Below, piece by piece: positions 53,021 through 62,241 of a stretch of 64,000 nt of DNA (position 1 is the stretch's first letter; every line of letters starts with the position of its first letter). Under the pieces are notes generated by a model. The model did no database searches and was not told where the DNA came from. It saw nothing but the letters and a program-made list of their open reading frames with translations. A program made the position numbers and the translations under genes. The stretch comes from an uncultured Gammaproteobacteria bacterium (GTDB lineage: Bacteria > Patescibacteriota > Patescibacteriia > Patescibacteriales > UBA12075): the NCBI GenBank assembly GCA_964459725.1, contig CAYWNT010000002.1:83719-147718 (forward strand). Direction: 5' to 3'.

Positions 53021-54065
53021 ATGTATCTCTAATTTTATTTATCAAATTTTTCAAACCATGATTGTCAACCACTATTTTTCTAAGCCCTCTCCCTATAACC
53101 TCTTTTTCTTCTACTGATTTTTTCTTTAAGCTAATTATTTTCTCTGCCAGTTGTTGACTATCTCCTATGTTAAAAAGTAAATCATCTCTATAACTAGACA
53201 ATAACTCCCTAGAAGAATCATTACTTGATAAAACCAATAACTCTGCTGACATTGCTTCAAGTATTGCCTTGTCCAAACTTCCGGTATTACTCATATGCAC
53301 GAACAAATCAGACTTATCCAAATAATCCTTTATCTCCATATTCGGCACAGAGCCAAAAAAGGAAACTATGTCATCTACACCTCTTTCTTTGGATATTTTT
53401 TTGAGTTTCAGAAAATAACTCTCTTGCTCCTCTGTGCCAGGGCCACCTATAATCGAAACTTTTATATTGTTAATTTTATATTCATTCCTGATAATATCGA
53501 TCGCCTCCAACAAAACCTCATACTTTTTAACCGGCGAAATTCTGCCAATCGTTACTATCTCAAAGCTTTCATTTTCCTCCTCGCTTTGTTTCTTGAATTT
53601 ATCAGTATCAATTCCATGTCCTATTATTTTAATTTTTCTACTTCTCAATCGAAAACTATCAGTCGATGCTGTAAAAATTATATTAGTCATCTTTTCGGCT
53701 AGCCATAGTTTCAAATGGACCGCCTTATGAGCATACCATAACGCCACTTCTTTACCAAGTAAACGCCAAAATAATCCGCCCAATATTACATACTCAGGAT
53801 TCATATGAACAAAAACCTTATCATAGCTATTTCTCTCTCTCCAGATGTGTTTATAAAAATTAAATATTCTGACAATAAAAGACGCCCCCTCTTCTTTTCC
53901 CAAACTTAAAACTCTTACATTTTCAGGCAGGTCAAAATCTCTTTTTTCTAGACATATGACTGTCACTTTTTCATTCTGGTTCGCAAATTCCCGGATCCAA
54001 TCATGAAAAAATCCCAATAAATCACCATTTTTATTTACTTGTTGTGTTAGTATAAGCAATCTCAT
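53004..54065 (-). CDS. glycosyltransferase (GT4)
   Basis: It starts MRLLILTQQ. The sequence also includes ...TIGRISPVKKYE... and MSNTGSLDKAILEAMSAELLVLSS. The start is uncertain (54083 in the track). Confidence 0.75.
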   Translation of the reverse strand: MRLLILTQQVNKNGDLLGFFHDWIREFANQNEKVTVICLEKRDFDLPENVRVLSLGKEEGASFIVRIFNFYKHIWRERNSYDKVFVHMNPEYVILGGLFWRLLGKEVALWYAHKAVHLKLWLAEKMTNIIFTASTDSFRLRSRKIKIIGHGIDTDKFKKQSEEENESFEIVTIGRISPVKKYEVLLEAIDIIRNEYKINNIKVSIIGGPGTEEQESYFLKLKKISKERGVDDIVSFFGSVPNMEIKDYLDKSDLFVHMSNTGSLDKAILEAMSAELLVLSSNDSSRELLSSYRDDLLFNIGDSQQLAEKIISLKKKSVEEKEVIGRGLRKIVVDNHGLKNLINKIRDTYGKAS

Positions 54066-54999
54066 TTTTATATAATTCATCATTTAATAATTTAGAAAAG
54101 TCGATAGCGCCAGTCTCGTTTAGGTGGTCAGCGTTAAAAAAATAGTGAGGCCGATCAAAATACATCTTCTGAAAATCTAAGATTCTTACATCTTTGTCTT
54201 TGAGTCTTTCCTCAAATTGACCATAAAAACTCTCTTCACTTCCCATCTCTTTGTCAAATTTAAAATAATAATCCTCTGTAATTGGATATTTCAATAAGAC
54301 AACCTTAATATTTTCTTCCTTGGCCAGATCGATAATACGCAAAAAATACTCAAACAAAAAATCATTTATGTAATTAGAATCCTTGAACTGCTCATCAAAT
54401 CTTTTCTTAACAATTACTTCCTTATTCTTGGCCAGAGAATAATCTCCAACCCCTCTCTGCCAACCCTTTTCTAGCTCAGCCAGCTCTGGCCTCTTTATAA
54501 AATATTTTATAAACTCTCCCCCATTATCAATTACTGGATATCTTGCTGCAGCTATTTTCCTCACAGTGTTTTTTACCCCCTTAAATTCCGGCCACTCATC
54601 AAATCCTTCAAAATCCTTCCAATACCATTCATTTAAAAATCTTTCGGCCCTATAAGAAGAAAATGAATGAAAATCGAGTGGAATAACCAGGGAATCTAAA
54701 TCCATCAATTCTTTATCTGTTATATTCTTGAACTTTAGAAAGGACTGAAAATAATTTTCTCCAGATGATGAATAATTAAATGAGTCCTGAATATACTTTG
54801 GATTTATAGCGTATTTAGGATGAGAATCCCCTAAAAACAATATCCTGGTATCCTCCCCGTGCTCTTGCATTTGCTCTTCTGTTCTCTGTAGCACTGTATT
54901 GGAAAGCATAATCTCTATATAGGCATAATTTATTCCTTCCAGGATTAATATAAAGAGTAGAATAAAAAAGGTAAATTTTATAAAAAATATTTTATGCAT
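54031..54999 (-). CDS. membrane-anchored SGNH-like protein, probable partner of the adjacent MBOAT (DltD/AlgJ/PatB-like role)
   Basis: It has an N-terminal TM anchor, ILFLGDSHP (block I-like), and C-terminal FNADHLNETG (D-x-x-H). It lies directly downstream of the MBOAT gene. Confidence 0.6.
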   Translation of the reverse strand: MHKIFFIKFTFFILLFILILEGINYAYIEIMLSNTVLQRTEEQMQEHGEDTRILFLGDSHPKYAINPKYIQDSFNYSSSGENYFQSFLKFKNITDKELMDLDSLVIPLDFHSFSSYRAERFLNEWYWKDFEGFDEWPEFKGVKNTVRKIAAARYPVIDNGGEFIKYFIKRPELAELEKGWQRGVGDYSLAKNKEVIVKKRFDEQFKDSNYINDFLFEYFLRIIDLAKEENIKVVLLKYPITEDYYFKFDKEMGSEESFYGQFEERLKDKDVRILDFQKMYFDRPHYFFNADHLNETGAIDFSKLLNDELYKNEIAYTNTTSK

Positions 55000-55002
55000 A
55001 AT

Positions 55003-56448
55003 TTAAAATTGGAAATAAATAAACTCTTGTCTTTCGAAAACACCAAATAATAAAATTAGGAATATAACCGCATAATAAAGAGCCCAGCGCAAAACTATAG
55101 GCTTGTTATTTAAAAACTTCCTCATACCTCTCCTCTCTTGAATAATATGGATAAATTCCATAAAAAATATCAGACCAACAGATAAAAGAAAATAATCATA
55201 ACTAAGAATAAAAGCCGACTCGATGCCCTGCTTTGTCAGACCTTCAAACATGTGCGTAATAACATAGATTGCATCACTTAGAGAATTCGCTCGGAAAAAT
55301 ATCCAACCGAGCAACACCAGATGAAAAGTCACCAAAACCTTTATTACTTTATGAACTCCAGGAAATCTATCAAACAAAAATATGTGACTAGTCTTTTCTC
55401 TTGTTCTCTTAGTCACAATCGATATAATCAAATACGAGCCATGCAATGCTCCCCAAATAACAAAAGTCCAACCAGCTCCATGCCACAAACCACTAACTAA
55501 AAAAACAAGAAAAAGATTAAAAAACCATTTTTGCCTCGTTGTCCTATTGCCGCCCAGCGCGATGTAGACATAATCTCTAAACCAAGTAGACAGAGATATA
55601 TGCCACCTCTTCCAGAACTCAGAAATCGATTTTGAAAAATATGGACGCTTAAAATTATCCATCAAGTTAAAGCCAAGCGCCTTTGCAGCCCCGATTGCAA
55701 TAAAAGAATAACCGGCAAAGTCACAATAGATCTGAAAAGCAAAGAAATATGAGGCAGTCAGGAGTGGGAGGCCGGTATATTCAAGGACGTTATTATAAAC
55801 CTCATTCACCCCCATCGCCAGTCTATCTGCAATAACAATTTTTAAAAAAAATCCCCAGAGCATTATTTTTAAACCATCTACCAATCTCTCACTATCAAAC
55901 TTATGCTTCTCCCAAAACTGAGGTAATAAATTCTTAGCCCTTTCAATAGGTCCGGCTACAAGCTGAGGGAAAAAAGAAACATATACTGCAAAAATTCCCA
56001 AATGCCTCTCTGGTTTTATTTTACCCTTATAGACATCAATAGAATAACTTAATGTCTGAAAGGTGTAAAAAGATATACCAACAGGCAAAAGTAATTTAAA
56101 ATATGGAATATTGAAGTTTATGGAGATTGCCTCGAGTGCCAACCTTGTAGAATCTGAGAAGAAGTTATAATACTTGAACAAAAACAGTAAACCTAAATTT
56201 ACAAAAAGACTCAAATATAAATACTTCTTCCGCTTAACCTTTTCCTCAATCTCTCCCATCTTAAGCCCGGCAAAATAATCAACTAGTGTTGATAGCATAA
56301 TCAAGATTACATACTCCGGTCTCCAGCTCATATAGAAATAATAACTAGCTATAAGCAACAAGATCCACCTCCACCTATGAGGCACAATAAAATACAAGAA
56401 CACTACTACAGGAAAAAATAATAAAAAATGTATTGAATTAAATAACAT
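55003..56448 (-). CDS. MBOAT-family membrane O-acyltransferase (AlgI/DltB-like)
   Basis: FWKRWHISLSTWFRDYVYIALGG contains the MBOAT catalytic His motif. About 11 TM segments. Confidence 0.9.
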   Translation of the reverse strand: MLFNSIHFLLFFPVVVFLYFIVPHRWRWILLLIASYYFYMSWRPEYVILIMLSTLVDYFAGLKMGEIEEKVKRKKYLYLSLFVNLGLLFLFKYYNFFSDSTRLALEAISINFNIPYFKLLLPVGISFYTFQTLSYSIDVYKGKIKPERHLGIFAVYVSFFPQLVAGPIERAKNLLPQFWEKHKFDSERLVDGLKIMLWGFFLKIVIADRLAMGVNEVYNNVLEYTGLPLLTASYFFAFQIYCDFAGYSFIAIGAAKALGFNLMDNFKRPYFSKSISEFWKRWHISLSTWFRDYVYIALGGNRTTRQKWFFNLFLVFLVSGLWHGAGWTFVIWGALHGSYLIISIVTKRTREKTSHIFLFDRFPGVHKVIKVLVTFHLVLLGWIFFRANSLSDAIYVITHMFEGLTKQGIESAFILSYDYFLLSVGLIFFMEFIHIIQERRGMRKFLNNKPIVLRWALYYAVIFLILLFGVFERQEFIYFQF

Positions 56449-56459
56449 AAATTAACCAC

Positions 56460-57572
56460 TCAAGAACTTAAAAAAGATATTATAGAATTTGTGATCCTTT
56501 TTTTTATAAACACAAAAGGCAAGATGCTATTAACTGTGCATCTACCACAATCTAACTCTCTAAAATCACCTTTTTCATGACAATCCAAATAATTAATTCG
56601 CTTGGAATTATTATAGACACTCAAGATTTCTTCATTGGTAATATTTCCGATAATTGCTTCCTTTACTGGATTATTGCAACAAATATAAACGTCGCCATTC
56701 CAATTTACATTTAAGCCATTCAAATACGTACAAGGTTTCTTCAGCTCGAATTTAGCTAGCAGTCTATTTACCCAGGACATCTTTTTTCTAAGGCCATCTC
56801 TGGCTCCTGCCCAATTATGAGGCTCATAGGAAAATGATGCGGCTTTGTTTAATCCCTCTAATTGTTTTTTCCAGTACTTTATATACTTAATCCTGTTTGC
56901 AAAACTAACATTCCCAACGTCAACAAAGTGGATATTAAAAAGTGTGTCTTTTTTTAACTCTTTGGCTCTTTTTAAAAGATAAAGAATATTGCTTTTAGCC
57001 TCGTCGAACTTATCTACCTGCTTTCCCTCTTTATATTCCTGACGATTAAAGCCATCCATAGACATTTCAACAGACAAGATCGGATACTCGAGCAATTGAT
57101 CTACTCTTTTCTTATTCAAAACTATAGCATTAGTTGAAACCTTTACTTTTATATTTGACTTAACGGCTAGGTCTATCATGTCAATCAATCTAGGGTGTAA
57201 GAAAGCCTCGCCAAAAAGACCGAAAGAAATAGTATCTACCTTGTTTTCTCTCGCCCATTTTACGATTCTTTCATAAAGCTCAAATTCCATATAGCCAGAT
57301 CCAGAGTCATGAATATGTTCCCTAGGACAATAGGAGCATCTAGCGGTACATCTATTGGTAGGACCAATTCTAATAACCCTTGGAGAATTTGCTTTTCTAC
57401 AATTATATCTCCCGGCTTTATCAAGAACAGCATTCACTCTTTTGACATGCTTAATTATAAATTTCTCCAACACATTATACTTCTTCTTTTTTGTACCAAC
57501 TGAGATATTTTCATTTTTTTTATCTACAGCGTCTACTATTCCGCCATAATTATCATACTTTGCTTCTTTCAT
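56460..57572 (-). CDS. radical SAM enzyme with SPASM-type C-terminal Cys cluster
   Basis: CTARCSYCPRE (CX3CX2C), with C-terminal CTYLNG..., DVYICCNNP... and CHEKGDFRELDCGRC. Confidence 0.85.
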   Translation of the reverse strand: MKEAKYDNYGGIVDAVDKKNENISVGTKKKKYNVLEKFIIKHVKRVNAVLDKAGRYNCRKANSPRVIRIGPTNRCTARCSYCPREHIHDSGSGYMEFELYERIVKWARENKVDTISFGLFGEAFLHPRLIDMIDLAVKSNIKVKVSTNAIVLNKKRVDQLLEYPILSVEMSMDGFNRQEYKEGKQVDKFDEAKSNILYLLKRAKELKKDTLFNIHFVDVGNVSFANRIKYIKYWKKQLEGLNKAASFSYEPHNWAGARDGLRKKMSWVNRLLAKFELKKPCTYLNGLNVNWNGDVYICCNNPVKEAIIGNITNEEILSVYNNSKRINYLDCHEKGDFRELDCGRCTVNSILPFVFIKKRITNSIISFLSS

Positions 57573-57586
57573 GAAATTTTAGAAAA

Positions 57587-58711
57587 CTAATTGCCCAAAG
57601 CGATCTCCCACGATTTTTTGTATAAACGAAGAGTTTCTTCTTTGTTTGGAAGGTTTATTACCTCCCTTTTTGCATTAATAGTTAAATTATTTCTTAATTG
57701 ATTATCATTTATCATTTTTCTCATTGCCTCCTCTAGAGCCTTTTGATCACCAATCGGCACAACCAATCCACTTTTATTATCTTTGATTACTTCTTCGGCG
57801 CAGCCAACAGTGGTCATAATAATAGGTAAATCTGAGTGAGCTGCTTCGATAATCACTCTTCCCCAACCCTCGTAATTTGATGGCAGCACGTAAGCGTCCG
57901 CCAGGGTATACTCTTTATAAATATCATCTACCCAGTCTTTTATATAAGCATTTCTCTCCAAATTATAATCTGCAATACATCTAACCAACTTGGCTCTCTC
58001 CGGCCCCTTTCCTATAATTCTCAAAACAGAATCTGGATTTGTCTTAACCACACCGCTAAAAGCCTTGATCAATAAAGTTAGATTTTTCTGCTTTACGAAT
58101 CTCCCCAACCACAAGAAGACAAAGGATTTATCATTCACACCCTTATCACTTCTTGTGATCACTTTTTCACTATCAGTAAAAACTGGGACTTCTACAATTC
58201 TCTCTTCCTGAATACCGATTGAAATGAGGGTTCTTCTAATTTTATCACTCACCACCCTAACACTATCCGCTTTTTTTATCAGATATTTACCAAGCCAATA
58301 TCTAGAGTAGTTTATTATATTTTCATTCCTCCAATACTTTTCACTAAAAAAATCTCCATGCTCCTGGATGTTCAATTTCAAATCAAACTTCTTAGCCAAT
58401 ATCCAACCCACCAAGGAAAGCTCGAAAGGATCCTGAACAGTTATCAGATCATACCTGTTTTTACCAATCAATTTCTTGGAAAAAAAATAAATCTTTACCA
58501 AGGAAATAATCCTTGATAAAGGCAGAAAATACTTAAACCCTGATACACTATAAGCTTTTACCTTTTCACTCAATACTTGTCCATGTCTCTTCTTAGAAAA
58601 AACCACAACATCGTATTTTTTTACCAAACCACCATACTCGATTATTCTTTTTGCTGTTTTTGAGCCTGGTTCTAAAACTTGATCATCAGACCCCAAACTT
58701 AAAATTTTCAT
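57587..58711 (-). CDS. glycosyltransferase (GT4)
   Basis: ...FLWLGRFVKQKN... and PSNYEGWGRVIIEAAHSDLPIIMT. Confidence 0.8.
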   Translation of the reverse strand: MKILSLGSDDQVLEPGSKTAKRIIEYGGLVKKYDVVVFSKKRHGQVLSEKVKAYSVSGFKYFLPLSRIISLVKIYFFSKKLIGKNRYDLITVQDPFELSLVGWILAKKFDLKLNIQEHGDFFSEKYWRNENIINYSRYWLGKYLIKKADSVRVVSDKIRRTLISIGIQEERIVEVPVFTDSEKVITRSDKGVNDKSFVFLWLGRFVKQKNLTLLIKAFSGVVKTNPDSVLRIIGKGPERAKLVRCIADYNLERNAYIKDWVDDIYKEYTLADAYVLPSNYEGWGRVIIEAAHSDLPIIMTTVGCAEEVIKDNKSGLVVPIGDQKALEEAMRKMINDNQLRNNLTINAKREVINLPNKEETLRLYKKSWEIALGN

Positions 58712-60258
58712 TTTATTTTCTTTAGTAGATCATTGCTCTCTCTGGAAACATCTTGCCAGCCCCTACTACTATCTATTGATTTAATTTTGTTTAAATACTT
58801 TTTATAGCCTTCCTCTTCAAACAGTGGTTTTATTTTTTGATACATATCCTCGCTACTTAGAGGGTCAAAAAATATCAGTCTATCTTTGTATTTTTCATAA
58901 AAACCACATTCCCTAGTCAGAACAACAGGGGTTCCTAGTTTTATCGCCTCTAGAACAATGTTTGGACTTACTTCTGAAATAGATGGCACTACAACCAGAT
59001 AGCTCTCTCTTATTTTTTTCAAGAGTTCATCATGCTCTATTCCCGGCTCAAAGCTAACTCTCTGCTTTATATTCATTTTCTCTGACATGCACTCCAGTCT
59101 TTCCTTGTCAGGCCCATCACCAATAATTTGCAACTTAAATTCAGGATCCTTTTTAAAACCAACCAACAACCTCTCTATATTTTTTAGTCGAATCAGGCGA
59201 CCAGCAAATACTATTTTCTTTTCTTTTTTTTCTTCTTCGCTCTTAATCTCTCCTGTGTCAGGAAAAGGATTTTCAATTACAATTGTTCTTTCTTTTTTTA
59301 ATTTAAATTGCTCGATATAAATATCTCTTTGCCATTTGGTAGAGAATATTATCCTCTTATTTCTCCTTAAAACAAATTTATGAATTCTAATGAGTATTTT
59401 TTCCGTGAAGTTTTTCTTTCCTTGATAGTAGCTAGAAAGAGGTCGATCGGTCCACTGATTATTAATAGCCTTCTCCCAGACAAAGTCTCCTCCAATCCTG
59501 GTTATAATCTTGGTTCTGGGGAGTGCTATCTTGGTAAGCACACATGGGATTCCAACGCTAACAAGATCAAAGGCATAAACAACGTCAGCCCACCACACTA
59601 TCTTTCTCAACCTATTGAAAAAAGCCAGATATCTAAAAAATATATTTTGCCCCCTGTTTACATAAAGCACATCATCGCTACTCTCACCTTCGCCGTATGT
59701 AATTATCTTTACCTCAAAATCATTTTTGACAAGTTCTTCTTTTAATTTTTTTACATATTTAGCAGGTCCTCCAATATCAGACCCATAAATTCCAGTCGCC
59801 AAGATCACCCTGGTTTTATTTGACTCGGCCAAAATCTTCTTTTTTTCTTCTTTTCTTTTTTTAAAAATTATAAATTTATAAACAATATAATTTCCAATAG
59901 ACAAGATAGATCCGATAATGGCTTGAGCCATTATATACCAAACACCCATTTCCTCAACTAGGTACTGTACTGAAAAAGCGTTGATACTTAAATTTAATAA
60001 ACCGACTGAAAAATAAATAACAACTTGCCTTTTTGTCCTTTTTCTAGATTCATCTCGAAATGTCCAAAACTTTTGTAAATAAAAACTAATAAAAAAAGCT
60101 GCCAGGAAACCCAAAGAAGCAGCTATGATTATATCAATACTTAATACCCCGTGCAGCAAAAAAAGAAGACTAAAATCAGCAACAGCGGCAGTAATACCTG
60201 ACAAAGCGAATTTTACAATCATTCTATTTTTATATACCTGGCTAATAAATCGTTCCAT
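58708..60258 (-). CDS. fusion: N-terminal GtrA-like 4-TM domain + GT4 glycosyltransferase
   Basis: MERFISQVYKNRMIVKFALSGITAAVADFSLLFLL... is GtrA-like and is followed by a GT-B domain (...FAGRLIRLKN..., PSISEVSPNIVLEAIKLGTPVV). The track start at 60318 would read through a tRNA-derived repeat, so the ATG at 60258 is preferred. Confidence 0.75.
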   Translation of the reverse strand: MERFISQVYKNRMIVKFALSGITAAVADFSLLFLLHGVLSIDIIIAASLGFLAAFFISFYLQKFWTFRDESRKRTKRQVVIYFSVGLLNLSINAFSVQYLVEEMGVWYIMAQAIIGSILSIGNYIVYKFIIFKKRKEEKKKILAESNKTRVILATGIYGSDIGGPAKYVKKLKEELVKNDFEVKIITYGEGESSDDVLYVNRGQNIFFRYLAFFNRLRKIVWWADVVYAFDLVSVGIPCVLTKIALPRTKIITRIGGDFVWEKAINNQWTDRPLSSYYQGKKNFTEKILIRIHKFVLRRNKRIIFSTKWQRDIYIEQFKLKKERTIVIENPFPDTGEIKSEEEKKEKKIVFAGRLIRLKNIERLLVGFKKDPEFKLQIIGDGPDKERLECMSEKMNIKQRVSFEPGIEHDELLKKIRESYLVVVPSISEVSPNIVLEAIKLGTPVVLTRECGFYEKYKDRLIFFDPLSSEDMYQKIKPLFEEEGYKKYLNKIKSIDSSRGWQDVSRESNDLLKKIK

Positions 60259-60291
60259 AAAGATATCGCTAAAAGGATAATAATTTTTCCA

Positions 60292-60418
60292 TTCGTGCGG
60301 AGAGGACGACCCCGTCATTCGACCGGGTAAAGATTCCCACTATTTCGGAGGATAAACCTGTCTGCCGAACAGGCAGGCTTCTCATCTCATCCTCTTGCAC
60401 TTCGTGCGGAGAGGACGA
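60292..60418. repeat. 18-bp direct repeat of the tRNA-Ser 3' end (60292-60309 and 60401-60418)
   Basis: TTCGTGCGGAGAGGACGA occurs twice. The distal copy is followed by a degenerate T-arm-like TCGAATGAC, i.e. a decayed tRNA 3' half. Confidence 0.85.
60354..60377 (-). terminator. stem-loop downstream of tRNA-Ser
   Basis: Plus-strand CCTGTCTG (60357-60364) pairs with CAGGCAGG (60370-60377), an 8-bp stem with one T:G position (an A:C mismatch in the minus-strand transcript). UUUA follows on the minus strand. Confidence 0.4.
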
Positions 60419-60493
60419 GATTCGAACTCGTGGTACACTTGCGCGCACACTTGCTTTCCAGGCAAGCCCGTTCAACCGCTCCGGCACCTCTCC
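60407..60493 (-). tRNA. tRNA-Ser (anticodon GGA), class II with long variable arm
   Basis: Minus strand: GGAGAGG TG CCG GAGCGGTTGAA CGG G CTTGC CTGGAAA GCAAG [17-nt variable arm] ACGAG TTCGAAT CTCGT CCTCTCC G. Confidence 0.92.
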
Positions 60494-60509
60494 ATTTTAT
60501 AAAACTTAG

Positions 60510-61247
60510 TTATTTCTTCAGATGACGCAAAATAATAGTTTTCATTCCTTCTCGCTCTCTTTTCTGACTATCTATGAAATCATCAAAAGGATAAGCTCCT
60601 GGAACTACTTCGCCATTTACGAAACTAGCCGGGGTACCACTCACTCCATTTCTCTTTCCTTCGGCCATGCTTGAAATAATTTTGTCTTTATATTTTTCCT
60701 CCCTTAGACAAGTATCAAATTGATCCAAGTCTAAATCTAGCCCTTCTGCATTTGTCCTGTACTGATCTAGATTTAACTCATGATTCTTGGCATTATCAAA
60801 TAACTTATCATGCATCTCCCAAAACTTTCCTTGTTCTCCGGCACACTCCGATGCGATCGCTGCTGGGATGGCATTTTTATGAGACTGGAGTGGGAAATGA
60901 CGAAAAGCAATTACCACCTTGTCTCCAAATTCTTCTTTCACTTTTGTCATTGTTTTACTAAAACTATAACAAAATGGACACTCAAAATCACTATATTCTA
61001 TTATGTGGACTGGAGCTGATAAATCTCCTACATAATGATCTGATTCATTGACTTTTCTTTCAATCACTACCGGTCTTTTTTCTTTGGCTTTTTTAACCAC
61101 GTTGTTATTATCAGCAATCAACTGCTGAGCCTCGTTATCTGACTCAACACTATCCTCAGGAAATAAAACGAAAGAAAGAGCCAGGGCAGAAACCATAACC
61201 ACGCATAAAATAATTACTATAGTTAATAAATTTATTTTCTTGATCAT
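60510..61247 (-). CDS. DsbA-family thiol:disulfide oxidoreductase, membrane-anchored
   Basis: It has an N-terminal TM anchor and the thioredoxin-fold CPFC active site within EYSDFECPFC. Confidence 0.85.
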   Translation of the reverse strand: MIKKINLLTIVIILCVVMVSALALSFVLFPEDSVESDNEAQQLIADNNNVVKKAKEKRPVVIERKVNESDHYVGDLSAPVHIIEYSDFECPFCYSFSKTMTKVKEEFGDKVVIAFRHFPLQSHKNAIPAAIASECAGEQGKFWEMHDKLFDNAKNHELNLDQYRTNAEGLDLDLDQFDTCLREEKYKDKIISSMAEGKRNGVSGTPASFVNGEVVPGAYPFDDFIDSQKREREGMKTIILRHLKK

Positions 61248-61255
61248 ATTTTCCG

Positions 61256-62209
61256 TTATTTTCTAAACCACTCAATAGTCTTCATAAGACCCTCATCTAT
61301 TTTTGTTTCAGGGTTATAGCCAAGATATTTTTTTGCCAAATTTATGTCAGCATACGAATCTTGTATGTCGCCCTTTCTTGGCTCACCAAACTTTAATTTT
61401 GAACTAGAATTTGTATTTTCGATAATACGATTAGCCAACGTTTTAATATCAATCTTGTCAGAGTAGCCAATATTATATCCTCTTCCAAATGCTTTTTCAT
61501 TTTCACATTCTAGGGCCTTGATGTTTGCCTGAACCACATCGTCAATATAAGTAAAATCTCTTGTCTGTTTTCCGTCACCATTAATCGGCAAATCCTCGTT
61601 ATTCATAGCTTTTGTAATCCATCTTGGAATCACTGCCGCATAATCACCATTTGGATCTTGTCTTCTGCCATAAACATTAAAATATCTCAAACCAATAGTT
61701 TTTAAACCATAAAGTTTATAAAATACAGAGCAATACATTTCTTTTTGAACTTTAGTAATCGCATACGGAGACAAAGGGCTATACGGCATAGTCTCAACTT
61801 TCGGCAAAGTAGGAGTATCTCCGTAAACAGAAGAAGAAATCGCCAACACCATTTTTTCAACCTTATTTGCAGCTGCAGCCCAGAAAACATTCAATGTTCC
61901 AGTTGAGTTTATTTCATGAGTAAGTATTGGATCTTCCACACTTTTTGGGACGCTCCCCCTGGCTGCCTGATGAGAGATATATTTAATATTGTATTTTTTT
62001 ATTATAAGATCTATTTCTTTATAATCACGGATATCAGCCCAAATAAATTCAAAATTTGACTTGGATTCTAGATGTTTAATATTTTCCCTGTAACCATTCA
62101 TCAAATTATCTATTCCGTAAACATTCCATCCCCTGCCAACTAGCTCTTCACAAAGATTGGAGCCAATAAACCCGGCACATCCTGTGACTAAAACATTTTT
62201 ATCTTTCAT
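61256..62209 (-). CDS. NAD-dependent nucleotide-sugar epimerase/dehydratase (extended SDR; WbpP/TviC-like 4-epimerase)
   Basis: Rossmann motif VTGCAGFIGSN and catalytic YAITKVQKE (YxxxK). The protein is 317 aa. Confidence 0.88.
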   Translation of the reverse strand: MKDKNVLVTGCAGFIGSNLCEELVGRGWNVYGIDNLMNGYRENIKHLESKSNFEFIWADIRDYKEIDLIIKKYNIKYISHQAARGSVPKSVEDPILTHEINSTGTLNVFWAAAANKVEKMVLAISSSVYGDTPTLPKVETMPYSPLSPYAITKVQKEMYCSVFYKLYGLKTIGLRYFNVYGRRQDPNGDYAAVIPRWITKAMNNEDLPINGDGKQTRDFTYIDDVVQANIKALECENEKAFGRGYNIGYSDKIDIKTLANRIIENTNSSSKLKFGEPRKGDIQDSYADINLAKKYLGYNPETKIDEGLMKTIEWFRK

Positions 62210-62241
62210 AATAATTATTTTTAAATTTTTAATTATAATAA

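Noticed and set aside
60269-60487. 72-aa minus-strand ORF and the 20-codon N-terminal extension of ORF 58708-60318
   Set aside because: Both are read through tRNA-Ser, its duplicated 3' half and the stem-loop. The real start of the GtrA-GT gene is most likely the ATG at 60258.
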